Source: Planctomycetota bacterium
GTDB lineage: Bacteria > Planctomycetota > Planctomycetia > Pirellulales > UBA1268
DNA: 64,000 bases
Direction: 5' to 3'
Assembly (NCBI GenBank): GCA_037129495.1
Contig: JBAXUW010000001.1
Location: 9,970-73,969, forward strand
Below are positions 45,080 to 53,392 of this stretch, one piece after another (the stretch's first letter is position 1; every line of letters starts with the position of its first letter). A program made the translations under genes and the position numbers. The notes below the pieces were generated by a model, which made no database searches, was not told the DNA's origin, and saw nothing but the letters and a program-made list of their open reading frames with translations.

Positions 45080-45946
45080 GTGCCCATGAAAGCCCCGAAA
45101 CCTCACTGGCCGACCGTCGCGATCGTAGGGGTGGGCCTGATCGGAGGCTCGATCGGGCTCGCCCTCAAGGCTCGAAAACTGGCCGGCCGCGTTATCGGCA
45201 TCGGCCGATCGGCCGCGTCGCTGGCTGAGGCCAAGCGGCTCCAGGCGATCGATGAAGCAGCGACAGACATTCTGGCGGGTGTGGCCGAGGCGGATCTGGT
45301 CGTGGTGGCGACTGGGGTGGCGTCGATCCCGAAGATCCTCGACGCGGTCGATGCCGCTGTGCGACCGGGCACGCTGCTCACCGATGCCGGCAGCACAAAG
45401 GCCTCAATCGTTGCCGCCTGGGAGAAGCGCCGCCGCTTCAGGCGCGGCCGCTTTGTGGGTGGCCATCCGCTGGCCGGCAGCCACCGCCGCGGGCCCGCCG
45501 CCGCTGATCTAAACCTCTTCAATGGCCGGGTCACGATCGTTACGCCCGTCGCAGCCACGCCGCCGGGAGATGCCGATGAGATTGGCGGCTTCTGGTCGGC
45601 CCTCGGCGCGACGGTCTACATGATGCCGCCCCGCAACCACGACCGGATCCTCGCCGACACCAGCCATGCGCCGCACGTCATCGCCGCTGCAATCGCTGCC
45701 GCCACGCCCGCCGAGGCGCGAGTGTTTACGGCCGGCGGCTGGCGGGATACGACGCGGATTGCCGCGGGCGATCCCGACCTCTGGGCCGACATTCTGCTCG
45801 ACAATGCCCCGACCGTCGCGCGGAGCTTGTCGCGGATCGCTGCGGCAACCGAAAAGTTTCTCATCGCCCTCGAGGCGGGCGACCGTCGCCGGCTGGTGTC
45901 ATTGCTCAAGCGAGCCAAGGAAGACCGCGATGCTGTGGGAAGTTGA
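45080..45946 (+). CDS. tyrA: prephenate/arogenate dehydrogenase
   Basis: Rossmann VAIVGVGLIGGSIGLALK, GGHPLAG, SHAPH. Track start 45080 is GTG; an ATG follows at 45086. Confidence 0.85.
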   Translation: MPMKAPKPHWPTVAIVGVGLIGGSIGLALKARKLAGRVIGIGRSAASLAEAKRLQAIDEAATDILAGVAEADLVVVATGVASIPKILDAVDAAVRPGTLLTDAGSTKASIVAAWEKRRRFRRGRFVGGHPLAGSHRRGPAAADLNLFNGRVTIVTPVAATPPGDADEIGGFWSALGATVYMMPPRNHDRILADTSHAPHVIAAAIAAATPAEARVFTAGGWRDTTRIAAGDPDLWADILLDNAPTVARSLSRIAAATEKFLIALEAGDRRRLVSLLKRAKEDRDAVGS

Positions 45947-48890
45947 CGTCCATCTTCGCGATGCCGCTGCCGACCATGCCGCGAGGGCAGTGGTGACCGG
46001 CGCCGCCGAACTGGGTATCAACCTGGGCATCAACCTGGGCATCAGTGGCTGTGCAGGGGCGCAGACTGCGGCCGCTTGGCTGATCGAGGGAGATTTTCTC
46101 CAGGCCGATGTGGAGCGACTCGCTGCCACCGTGCTGACCGATCCGGTCACCGAGACCTTCACGGTTGCCCAGGCAGGCGCCGATGTGCTCACGGCTGCGG
46201 CTGCCGGCGGAGCCCTGCCGACCGTGCTCCATGTGCTGCCCAAGGCTGGCGTCACCGATCCGGCTGCTGAGACCACGCTTGCGGCCTGCAGCTTGCTCGG
46301 CCTGCGGCCCACTGCGGTCCGCAGTGTTCGAAAATATTGGCTCCCCGCCCTCGAGCCGGCCGACGCCGATCGGCTGGCCTGGAAGCTGCTGGCCAGCGAG
46401 GCGATCCACGACGTAGTGATCGGTCCGCTGCCGCATCGCACGCTCGCTGGCGGTCGGCCGTGGACGTTTGCGCAAGAGACCATCCGCCTCGAGGGCCTCG
46501 ACGACGCGGCGCTTGATCGTCTCAGCCGCGAGCGGTGCCTGGCGCTCTCGGCCGCCGAACTGTACGCGGTTCGCGACCACTTCCGCGGGCTCGGCCGCGA
46601 TCCGGTTGAGATCGAGCTGGAATCGATCGCGCAGACCTGGAGCGAGCACTGCTGCCACAAAACACTCGGCAGCCCGATTGACCATGTCGGTCCCGCCGGC
46701 CCGGTCAGCTACGATAACCTCCTTAAAGAAACGGTTTTCGCGGCCACTCAGAAAATCCGCCAGCAGCTGGGGGCTCAGGACTGGTGCGTGAGCGTGTTTC
46801 GCGACAACTCAGGCGTGGTGAGGTTTGACGGCGATCACGATATCTGCGTGAAGGTGGAGACGCACAACCATCCCTCAGCCATCGAGCCCTACGGCGGCGC
46901 GGCCACGGGGCTGGGCGGCGTGATCCGCGACGTGCTCGGCACTGGCCTCGGCGCCAAGCCAATCGCCAACCTCGACGTCTTCTGCGTGGGTCGGCCCGAT
47001 ACGCCCGCTGCCGACCTGCCACCGGGCGTGATCCCGCCTCGCCGGCTGCTTGCCGGCGTGGTGGCGGGTGTCCGCGACTATGGCAACCGCATGGGCATTC
47101 CCACGATCGCAGGCGCTGTTGCCTTCGATCCCGGCTATATCGGCAACCCGCTGGTGTTCTGCGGCACGGTCGGCATCATGCCTCGCAACTCGGCCGATGC
47201 CTCGATACACCCCGGTGACCTGGTGGTCGTGGCCGGTGGCCGGACCGGCCGCGACGGGATTCATGGCGCCACGTTTTCAAGCGTTGAGCTCTCAAGTGAC
47301 AGCGAGAGCCAGTCGGGCGGGTCGGTGCAGATCGGCCACGCGATTCACGAGAAGATGCTCGTCGACTTTGTGCTTGAGGCCGCGCGTCAGCGGCTCTTTC
47401 ATGCCATTACCGACTGCGGCGCCGGTGGGCTCTCAAGCGCCGTCGGCGAGATGGCCGTCACGCTCGGCGCGGAAGTCGACCTCGAACGAGTGCCGCTGAA
47501 GTATGACGGCCTGTCCGCCACTGAGGCTTGGATCTCGGAGGCGCAGGAGCGGATGGTACTCGCCGTGGCTCCCGCCGACTGGGACAAGCTCGCCGTGGTT
47601 GCGGCCGACGAGGGAGTCGAAGCGACCGTGATTGGCACGTTCACCGGCCACGGCAAACTCCTGCTCCGCTGGCAGGGCCGAACAGCCGGCGAACTCGACT
47701 GCCACTTTCTCCACGAGGGCCGTCCTCGGCGGCGGCTCGCATCGCGGTATCTACCACCAGCGTTCACACCGCTCCGGTGGACACCCCGCGCAGACGACTC
47801 GCTTACCACCTGCCTGCTCGACCTGCTCGCCGCCCCCGACGTGGCCAGCAAGGAATGGATCATCCGGCAATACGACCACGAGGTGCAGGGCTCGAGCATC
47901 GTCAAGCCGCTGCTGGGCCCAGGTGAGGGGCCCGCTGACGGCACTGTGATCCGTGGCGTCCTCGGCCGCAATCGCGGCATCGTGCTCGGCGTCGGCCTGC
48001 GGCACCGGCTGGGCCATCTCGATCCCTATCAGATGGCCGCCGGGGCCATCGTTGAGGCGATCGCCAACGCGGTTGCCGCCGGCGCCGATCCCGCGCGGAT
48101 TGCCCTGCTCGACAACTTCTGCTGGGGCGACTGCCGCCGTGAAGAATCGCTGGGCACGCTCGTGGAGGCCTGCCGGGCCTGCTACGACATGGCGGTGGCA
48201 TTTGCCGCGCCTTTTGTCAGCGGCAAGGACAGCCTCAACAACGTCTTCGCCTGGACCGATGCGGCGGGCGGGCATCACGAGCGTTCTATTCCTCCCACGC
48301 TCCTCGCCACGGCGCTGGGCCAAGTGGAAGACGTCCGCCGCGTGTTCACGCCCGATCTCAAGCAAGCCGGCGGCCGGCTGGCGATCGTGGGGCTGTCGGC
48401 AGGCGACCTCGCCGGCAGCCAGTTGGAGTTGGTGGGCCGGGTTGGCGGCGGCCGCGTGCCACAGGTCGAGGCAGTCGGCTGCCGGAAGGTATTCGCCGCC
48501 ATTGCGACGGCGCAGCGGGCGGGCCTTCTGGCCGCCTGTCACGACTGCTCCGACGGCGGCCTCCTGACTGCGGTCGCCGAGATGGCGATTGCTGGCAGGA
48601 TCGGCGCGAGGATCAGACTGGCTGATGTACCCATAGACTCCAACACAGTGGCCTCTGGCTCTTCGCTGCACCGCGACCTGACGATCGCTTTCGTGGAAAC
48701 ACCGGGCCGTTTTCTCTGCGAGGTGCCGGCCGCTGCGGCCGAACGGTTTGCAGAATACGTCAGCGGCGTGCCCTGGGCCTGGATCGGTGAGGTCCTGGCC
48801 GACGATCAATTTGAGATCGTCTCCGCCACCGGCGTTATCGCGGCCGTGCCGGTGGCGAGCCTCGACCGAGCCTGGCGGGGAGGAACATAA
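45930..48890 (+). CDS. purL: phosphoribosylformylglycinamidine synthase, PurL synthetase subunit with a ~200-aa PurS-like/lgPurL-type N-terminal extension
   Basis: Start ATG 45930 (MLWEVDV) inside track ORF 45665-frame 45666..48890. WSEHCCHK, ETHNHPSAIEPYGGAATG, and a duplicated AIR-synthase-like body. There is no glutaminase domain; it is encoded separately by purQ. Confidence 0.95.
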   Translation: MLWEVDVHLRDAAADHAARAVVTGAAELGINLGINLGISGCAGAQTAAAWLIEGDFLQADVERLAATVLTDPVTETFTVAQAGADVLTAAAAGGALPTVLHVLPKAGVTDPAAETTLAACSLLGLRPTAVRSVRKYWLPALEPADADRLAWKLLASEAIHDVVIGPLPHRTLAGGRPWTFAQETIRLEGLDDAALDRLSRERCLALSAAELYAVRDHFRGLGRDPVEIELESIAQTWSEHCCHKTLGSPIDHVGPAGPVSYDNLLKETVFAATQKIRQQLGAQDWCVSVFRDNSGVVRFDGDHDICVKVETHNHPSAIEPYGGAATGLGGVIRDVLGTGLGAKPIANLDVFCVGRPDTPAADLPPGVIPPRRLLAGVVAGVRDYGNRMGIPTIAGAVAFDPGYIGNPLVFCGTVGIMPRNSADASIHPGDLVVVAGGRTGRDGIHGATFSSVELSSDSESQSGGSVQIGHAIHEKMLVDFVLEAARQRLFHAITDCGAGGLSSAVGEMAVTLGAEVDLERVPLKYDGLSATEAWISEAQERMVLAVAPADWDKLAVVAADEGVEATVIGTFTGHGKLLLRWQGRTAGELDCHFLHEGRPRRRLASRYLPPAFTPLRWTPRADDSLTTCLLDLLAAPDVASKEWIIRQYDHEVQGSSIVKPLLGPGEGPADGTVIRGVLGRNRGIVLGVGLRHRLGHLDPYQMAAGAIVEAIANAVAAGADPARIALLDNFCWGDCRREESLGTLVEACRACYDMAVAFAAPFVSGKDSLNNVFAWTDAAGGHHERSIPPTLLATALGQVEDVRRVFTPDLKQAGGRLAIVGLSAGDLAGSQLELVGRVGGGRVPQVEAVGCRKVFAAIATAQRAGLLAACHDCSDGGLLTAVAEMAIAGRIGARIRLADVPIDSNTVASGSSLHRDLTIAFVETPGRFLCEVPAAAAERFAEYVSGVPWAWIGEVLADDQFEIVSATGVIAAVPVASLDRAWRGGT

Positions 48891-48892
48891 GC

Positions 48893-49660
48893 ATGCTGTC
48901 ACCCCGAGCGTTGATCCTCCGAGCCCCGGGCACGAACTGCGACCATGAGACCGCCCATGCCTTTGAGCGGGCCGGTGCCATCGCTCGCCGCGTGCATGTG
49001 CGGGCGCTCACGCAGAGGCCGGCGCTTGCCGACGACTTCCAGATCCTCTGCATCCCCGGCGGCTTCTCCTACGGCGACGATATTGCCAGCGGCCGAATCT
49101 TCGCGATTGAGCTGAAGTCGCGGCTCGCCGAGTGCCTCGCCAAGTTTCGCGACCGCGGCGGTCTTATTCTCGGCATCTGCAATGGCTTTCAGGTGCTGCT
49201 CCAGACGGGCCTCTTGCTGGCGGATCCGCAGACCGGCGTGGCCCGTGCGAGTCTTGCCCACAATCACTCGGGTCTGTTCATCGATCGCTGGGTGCCGTTG
49301 CGGGCGGTGCCGGGCCGCTGCGTATTTCTGCAAGGCCTGGATCGCTTTGAGCTGCCGGTTGCCCACGGCGAAGGCCGGTTTGTGACCCGTTCTCCCGCAG
49401 ACTTCGCCGCGTTCGACGTTGCTGGCCAACTCGTGCTGCGGTACGGCGTCGATGAGCATGGGGTCGCCTCCAATCCCAACGGCGCGATGGGAGATGTGGC
49501 GGGCGTCTGCGACGAGACCGGCCGAATCTTCGGCCTCATGCCGCATCCGGAGCGGTTTATCGACGCCCTCCAATATCCAGCCTGGAACGGCCACCTCGAT
49601 CCTGCGGCAACCGGCGCCGGTCTGTCATTCTTCACAAACGCTATTCGATCGGTGTCGTAG
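48893..49660 (+). CDS. purQ: phosphoribosylformylglycinamidine synthase glutaminase subunit
   Basis: Class I amidotransferase triad context: GICNGFQVL, MPHPER. Confidence 0.95.
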   Translation: MLSPRALILRAPGTNCDHETAHAFERAGAIARRVHVRALTQRPALADDFQILCIPGGFSYGDDIASGRIFAIELKSRLAECLAKFRDRGGLILGICNGFQVLLQTGLLLADPQTGVARASLAHNHSGLFIDRWVPLRAVPGRCVFLQGLDRFELPVAHGEGRFVTRSPADFAAFDVAGQLVLRYGVDEHGVASNPNGAMGDVAGVCDETGRIFGLMPHPERFIDALQYPAWNGHLDPAATGAGLSFFTNAIRSVS

Positions 49661-49680
49661 ACGGAGTCTTACACCCTTTC

Positions 49681-49794
49681 GTGGGATAAGATTTCTAACT
49701 TCACGCGAAACATCGCATCCTGCGATTTTCACTTGGCAAACACAGTTTGCTGGTGGGAAGCGTCGCATCCATGCGCCGCAATCTTCTGTCTTTC
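49681..49794 (+). repeat. box repeat plus modules (copy C1)
   Basis: The head gtgggataagatttctaacttcacgcgaaacatcgc matches 10798-10845(-). The tail ...catccatgcgccgcaatcttctgtctttcg matches the reverse complement of 24737-24763. Confidence 0.75.
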
Positions 49795-49819
49795 GGGGGA
49801 TAAGATTTCTATCTTGTCC
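49795..49819 (+). repeat. palindromic repeat R3, 5' arm (interrupted by the IS)
   Basis: gggggataagatttctatcttgtcc. The last 9 nt (atcttgtcc) are duplicated at 51006-51014. Confidence 0.85.
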
Positions 49820-49889
49820 CAATCCTGTTCGGCACGGCAGTTGCTGCAGTTCAAGTAGCTCAACAAGGGAGTGTGGGTTGAGTTGCGCG

Positions 49890-50798
49890 ATGGGCTTGAA
49901 GCATTTCAAGGCGCTGCGGGGCTTGATCGAGCGGCTGCACTTCGCAGGGACGCAGCGGGATAAGACAGGCAATCGTGATCTGCACATGGATCAGTACTGC
50001 TCACTGCTCCTGCTGTGGTTTTTTAGTCCCATGGTCGACAGCCTCCGCGGGAGGCTAGCAGGCCGGCACGCTCGACAAGGTACGCAAGCGCTTCGGTGTC
50101 GGACGTGCCTCGCGGGGCTCGCTTTCAGGGGGCGTCGCTGTGCGGCTATCGTCTGCACACTCAGTTGGAAGTGTTGCGTGGAATTCCGTCACGGATCGAC
50201 GTGACGCCCGCTAGTCCAAAGGGTGAAAACGACGAGCGGGCGGTCCTCGCCCGCTCGGTCGAACCATACCGGATGGACGTGATGGATCGCGGCTATGCCC
50301 AGTTCTCGCTGTGGAATGTGATCGTCGCCAAGGGCAGCAGTTCCTGCTGTCGCGTCAGGGACAACTCAGCGCATGACGTCGAGCGAACCCTGGAGCTGAC
50401 CGATGCCGATCGTGCGGCTGGTGTGGTCAGTGACGAAGTGGTCGTGTTCGGCCGCCCCAAAGCACGGGTCATCCTCTGACCATCCGGTGCGAATCGTGAC
50501 TCATCGCCTCGATCTGCCCGCTGAACTCAGCGGAGAGATCTATCGGCTGCGGTGGCTGATCGAGACGTTCTTTCGGATGTTCAAGCAACTGCTGGGCTGT
50601 CGCCATCTGCTTTCCACCAAGCAGACCGGAGTGGAGATCCAGGTGTTCTTTGGAATTATCGCCTGCCTGTTGATCCTCCTCTCCACGGGCCGTAAGCCGA
50701 CGAAGCGAACCTTTGAGATGGTCTGCTTTTATCTCTCAGGCTGGGCAAGCGTGAATGAAATGGAGCGGCATATCGAAGCACTTCCTAGGCCGGCGTGA
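49890..50798 (+). pseudogene. IS4-family DDE transposase, frameshifted and internally deleted
   Basis: The coding signal is split over track ORFs 49419..50204, 50096..50479 and 50403..50798. The last carries a canonical Y-2-R-3-E-6-K motif (YRLRWLIETFFRMFK). The N-terminal part is MGLKHFKALRGL..SLRG, after which similarity continues in another frame past a TAG at 50056. The element is shorter than intact IS4 members. Confidence 0.75.
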
Positions 50799-50942
50799 TC
50801 CTTCTGCGCACCGAACGGCGCCGCAGCGATTACTGCTGCGCCGGTGACGACAACCACGCCCATCCTGCCTCGCGCTCCTGATGCTGGAGAGCATGGCGCA
50901 ACAAGCAAGCTGCAACTAGAACGCAGCAGCAGCCTCAACTCC

Positions 50943-50967
50943 GGACAAGTTAGAAAACTTATCCCAC
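50943..50967 (-). repeat. box half-copy lying inside the right end of the IS
   Basis: ggacaagttagaaaacttatcccac is the reverse complement of the repeat 5' arm gtgggataagttttctaacttgtcc. It sits 10 nt inside the right IR. Confidence 0.8.
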
Positions 50968-51005
50968 AGAGGAGGGAGCAGCAACTGCCGTGCCGAACAG
51001 GATTG

Positions 51006-51052
51006 ATCTTGTCCTCTTCTTCGGCAAGTTGGAAAACTCGCCTCCACGGGGG
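51006..51052 (+). repeat. palindromic repeat R3, TSD copy + loop + 3' arm
   Basis: atcttgtcc|tcttcttcggcaagttggaaaactcgcctccacggggg. Removing the IS and one TSD copy restores a unit colinear with R1 and R2. Confidence 0.85.
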
Positions 51053-51130
51053 AGGGCTATGAAAAAGAGAAAGCCCCGGCCGCATGGCCGGGGCTTTCGT
51101 CGAATCGCGAGCCGATCGCGAGGGATCCGA

Positions 51131-52309
51131 TCAATACTTGGACTTATCGCCGAGGTGCTCGTTGCCGGCGCGGGTCACGAGCGCGGAGAAGACGCGGATC
51201 GTGACGTCGCTGGAGATCAGCTTCGTGCTGCCATCGCCAAAAACGACGTTGGCGCCGGCCGGATGGAACGCGAAGACCTCGCTGCCGCCGTCGGTGCCAT
51301 AGTAGCCCGAGCTGAACACCGCGGTGAGCATGCTCTCGCCGTTGGTGGCGTTGACCACCTTCGTCGGACTGGAGCGGAAGGCGTTGCCGTTGACATTGGA
51401 ACCGTCGATCGAGATGTCAGACGCCGGCCGCACCCAGCCGCCGGCGTTGACCCGCAGCGTCGGGAACTTGTCGGTCACACCGTCGGCACGGCTTCGCTTC
51501 CGATAGACGAAGGGCCGGCCGGCGCTCTCCGCAATCAGGATCGTCGTCGAGAGGCCGTCGGTCGCGTCACTGAGCTTCGGCTTGTAGCCGTCGCCATAGT
51601 CCTTGGACAGAAGGCCGTCACCGGAACTCGCCGCCGTGTTGCCCTTGTCGACAACCGGAGCCGCCGCGGCGGCGATGTCGGCCTTGTTATCGTCGGGCAC
51701 AAGCGGCGACGACGCGTTGGCCAAGGCGTTGTCGACGTAGATCGTCGGCCCGTAGTCAGATGGCGCGCAAAACCCAGGAGAGCTTCCCGCGTTTGAGAAA
51801 GCGGTGCCGCTGGCGACGGTGATGGCCTTCACATAGGTGGTCGGCACGGCATACGGCTGGCTGCTCGACTGCGGATCGTAGTCAAAGCGAGTGTCTGGGT
51901 TCGGGGCCGACGGGCACTCGTATCCAGCGATCCGGGTCGCCGCCAGCACGTAGTTGGGGATCGTGTAGCCCGGCCCGGCGGTATTGTTTGACCATGTCTG
52001 CGACGGGTCGTACCGGTCAAAGAGGGCCGCCTGTTCCATGTAGGGAAGGATCCGGACGAAGAATCCGAGCCGTAGGCCGGCGGTGCGGAGACTGTTGGGG
52101 AGGGCACCACCGGAGCCATCGGCAAACGTCAGCGTGGCGATGCCGAGTTGCTTTAAATTGTTCGAGCAACTGTTGCGGCGGGCGGATTCCCGGGCTGCCT
52201 GTACGGCCGGAAGCAGCAGGCCAACAAGCGTGCCGATGATGGCAATCACGACCAGCAACTCGACGAGGGTGAAGCCCTGACGGGCTCTCGATGGAGACAG
52301 AACTGACAT
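51131..52309 (-). CDS. DUF1559 domain protein with a prepilin-type N-terminal cleavage/methylation motif
   Basis: [44 protein letters not shown] is the hallmark N-terminus of the planctomycetal DUF1559 family. Confidence 0.9.
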   Translation of the reverse strand: MSVLSPSRARQGFTLVELLVVIAIIGTLVGLLLPAVQAARESARRNSCSNNLKQLGIATLTFADGSGGALPNSLRTAGLRLGFFVRILPYMEQAALFDRYDPSQTWSNNTAGPGYTIPNYVLAATRIAGYECPSAPNPDTRFDYDPQSSSQPYAVPTTYVKAITVASGTAFSNAGSSPGFCAPSDYGPTIYVDNALANASSPLVPDDNKADIAAAAAPVVDKGNTAASSGDGLLSKDYGDGYKPKLSDATDGLSTTILIAESAGRPFVYRKRSRADGVTDKFPTLRVNAGGWVRPASDISIDGSNVNGNAFRSSPTKVVNATNGESMLTAVFSSGYYGTDGGSEVFAFHPAGANVVFGDGSTKLISSDVTIRVFSALVTRAGNEHLGDKSKY

Positions 52310-52427
52310 GATGAAAACTCCTGGAAAGGGGTGATTAAGCGAATCGAACCAATCAAAACTGACGAACGAATCGGAGAACGAATTGCGTAGACCGTGAAGC
52401 GACGGCTATCACGGTCTTTGGAGACCG

Positions 52428-53141
52428 TCACTTCCGGTGCTTGCCGGCCGGGGCCTGGCCCCTGCGAATTGAGACCTGGAGACCCGAGAGGTCTTCCAGG
52501 ATCTCAAACCGAAGGGGCGTCGTCTCGGAAGACTTGTAGGACGTGGGGATCGGCGCGGCCGATTCAGCGGGCCTGACCGTGATGGTGTAGGTGCCGGAGG
52601 GTAGGCCTGCGGCAGCGGCGAAGTGAAACGAGCCGTCGGCTGCCGTCAGGATTGTCTGCGCGGCGACGTCTACCGCGCTGGGCTTCGGCGGGCCGCCAAA
52701 CTTCTGGAACGTCAGCGTGACACGGCCCAGCGGCTTGCCATCAAGCGTGGCTATGCCCGAGACGGCATGCCGGGCCAGCAGCGGAAGCGTGTTGATGACG
52801 GCGAAAGTAAGCACGAGGCCGACGCCTGCCAGCGCGAGACCAAGCAGGAACCACCGAGGCATGCCGAACGAATCGACCGTTGCCGCTACATTCGAGGTGA
52901 GGGTCTCAACGCCACGGCTCACAGCCGACTCCTCCACACCGTTATCCGCGGCGCGGTTTCTCCACTGGTGGCCCTGCTTGAAGCTCTGGATTACGGCGTT
53001 GGCGGCCCGCGAGGAGGCAGATGAACTGCTGTCGGCGCGGCGGCTGGTCGACCGCCGGGGGCGGGGAGTACCCGAGGCGATGGAGAGTGCTGCAGAGGCC
53101 ATATCGAGTGCTCCCTTGAAGCCAGTGGGTCCACCGGTCAT
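52428..53141 (-). CDS. hypothetical membrane-anchored protein with a carboxypeptidase-regulatory-like beta-sandwich C-terminus
   Basis: Track ORF 52428..53204 starts at TTG; the first ATGs are at 53141 and 53102. TM helix WFLLGLALAGVGLVLTFAV. The C-terminus GRVTLTF..DGSFHF..GTYTITVRP resembles CarboxypepD_reg-like partners of DUF1559 genes. Confidence 0.5.
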   Translation of the reverse strand: MTGGPTGFKGALDMASAALSIASGTPRPRRSTSRRADSSSSASSRAANAVIQSFKQGHQWRNRAADNGVEESAVSRGVETLTSNVAATVDSFGMPRWFLLGLALAGVGLVLTFAVINTLPLLARHAVSGIATLDGKPLGRVTLTFQKFGGPPKPSAVDVAAQTILTAADGSFHFAAAAGLPSGTYTITVRPAESAAPIPTSYKSSETTPLRFEILEDLSGLQVSIRRGQAPAGKHRK

Positions 53142-53317
53142 TCCGGTCGGCGTTGCGTGTATCGAGAACGTTGCAGAGCGAGTGAAAAACGACTTAAGTA
53201 CCAATATATTATAATATCGATCATATTTGTCAAGTAGATGATATAAAAATCAAAATGGCTATTTTTATGGGATAAAAGACATAAAAAAGATTTTTTTCTA
53301 TTCAGAAAGCAGAGAAA

Positions 53318-53392
53318 CACGATTAATCATTAGCAATTTGCTAATGATTAATCGTGGCATAAAAAAAGCGTGGGCCGTCTGCGCGACCGGCA
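53318..53392 (-). terminator. candidate tandem terminator of the cys transporter operon (GC hairpin + U7, then a 39-nt perfect AT-rich palindrome)
   Basis: On the minus strand, after the cysA stop (53393): gccggtcgcgcagacggc..cacgcttttttt, then cacgattaatcattagcaa-a-ttgctaatgattaatcgtg (53356..53318), followed by tttctctgctttctg. The terminator role is inferred; an operator role is not excluded. Confidence 0.45.

Larger units (their letters stand above)
49820..51005 (+). mobile_element. decayed IS4-family insertion sequence (1186 bp)
   Basis: Perfect 28-bp terminal inverted repeats: caatcctgttcggcacggcagttgctgc at 49820-49847 and its exact reverse complement at 50978-51005. Flanked by a 9-bp direct repeat atcttgtcc (49811-49819 / 51006-51014). 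The interior encodes DDE transposase fragments. Confidence 0.85.

Noticed and set aside
53138-53320. 60-aa minus-strand ORF inside the AT-rich island (MFLCFLNRKKSFLCLL..).
   Set aside because: The translation simply reflects AT-rich codons (F/L/I/K/N/Y). It overlaps the likely promoter and start of the neighbouring gene, and I saw no supporting signal.
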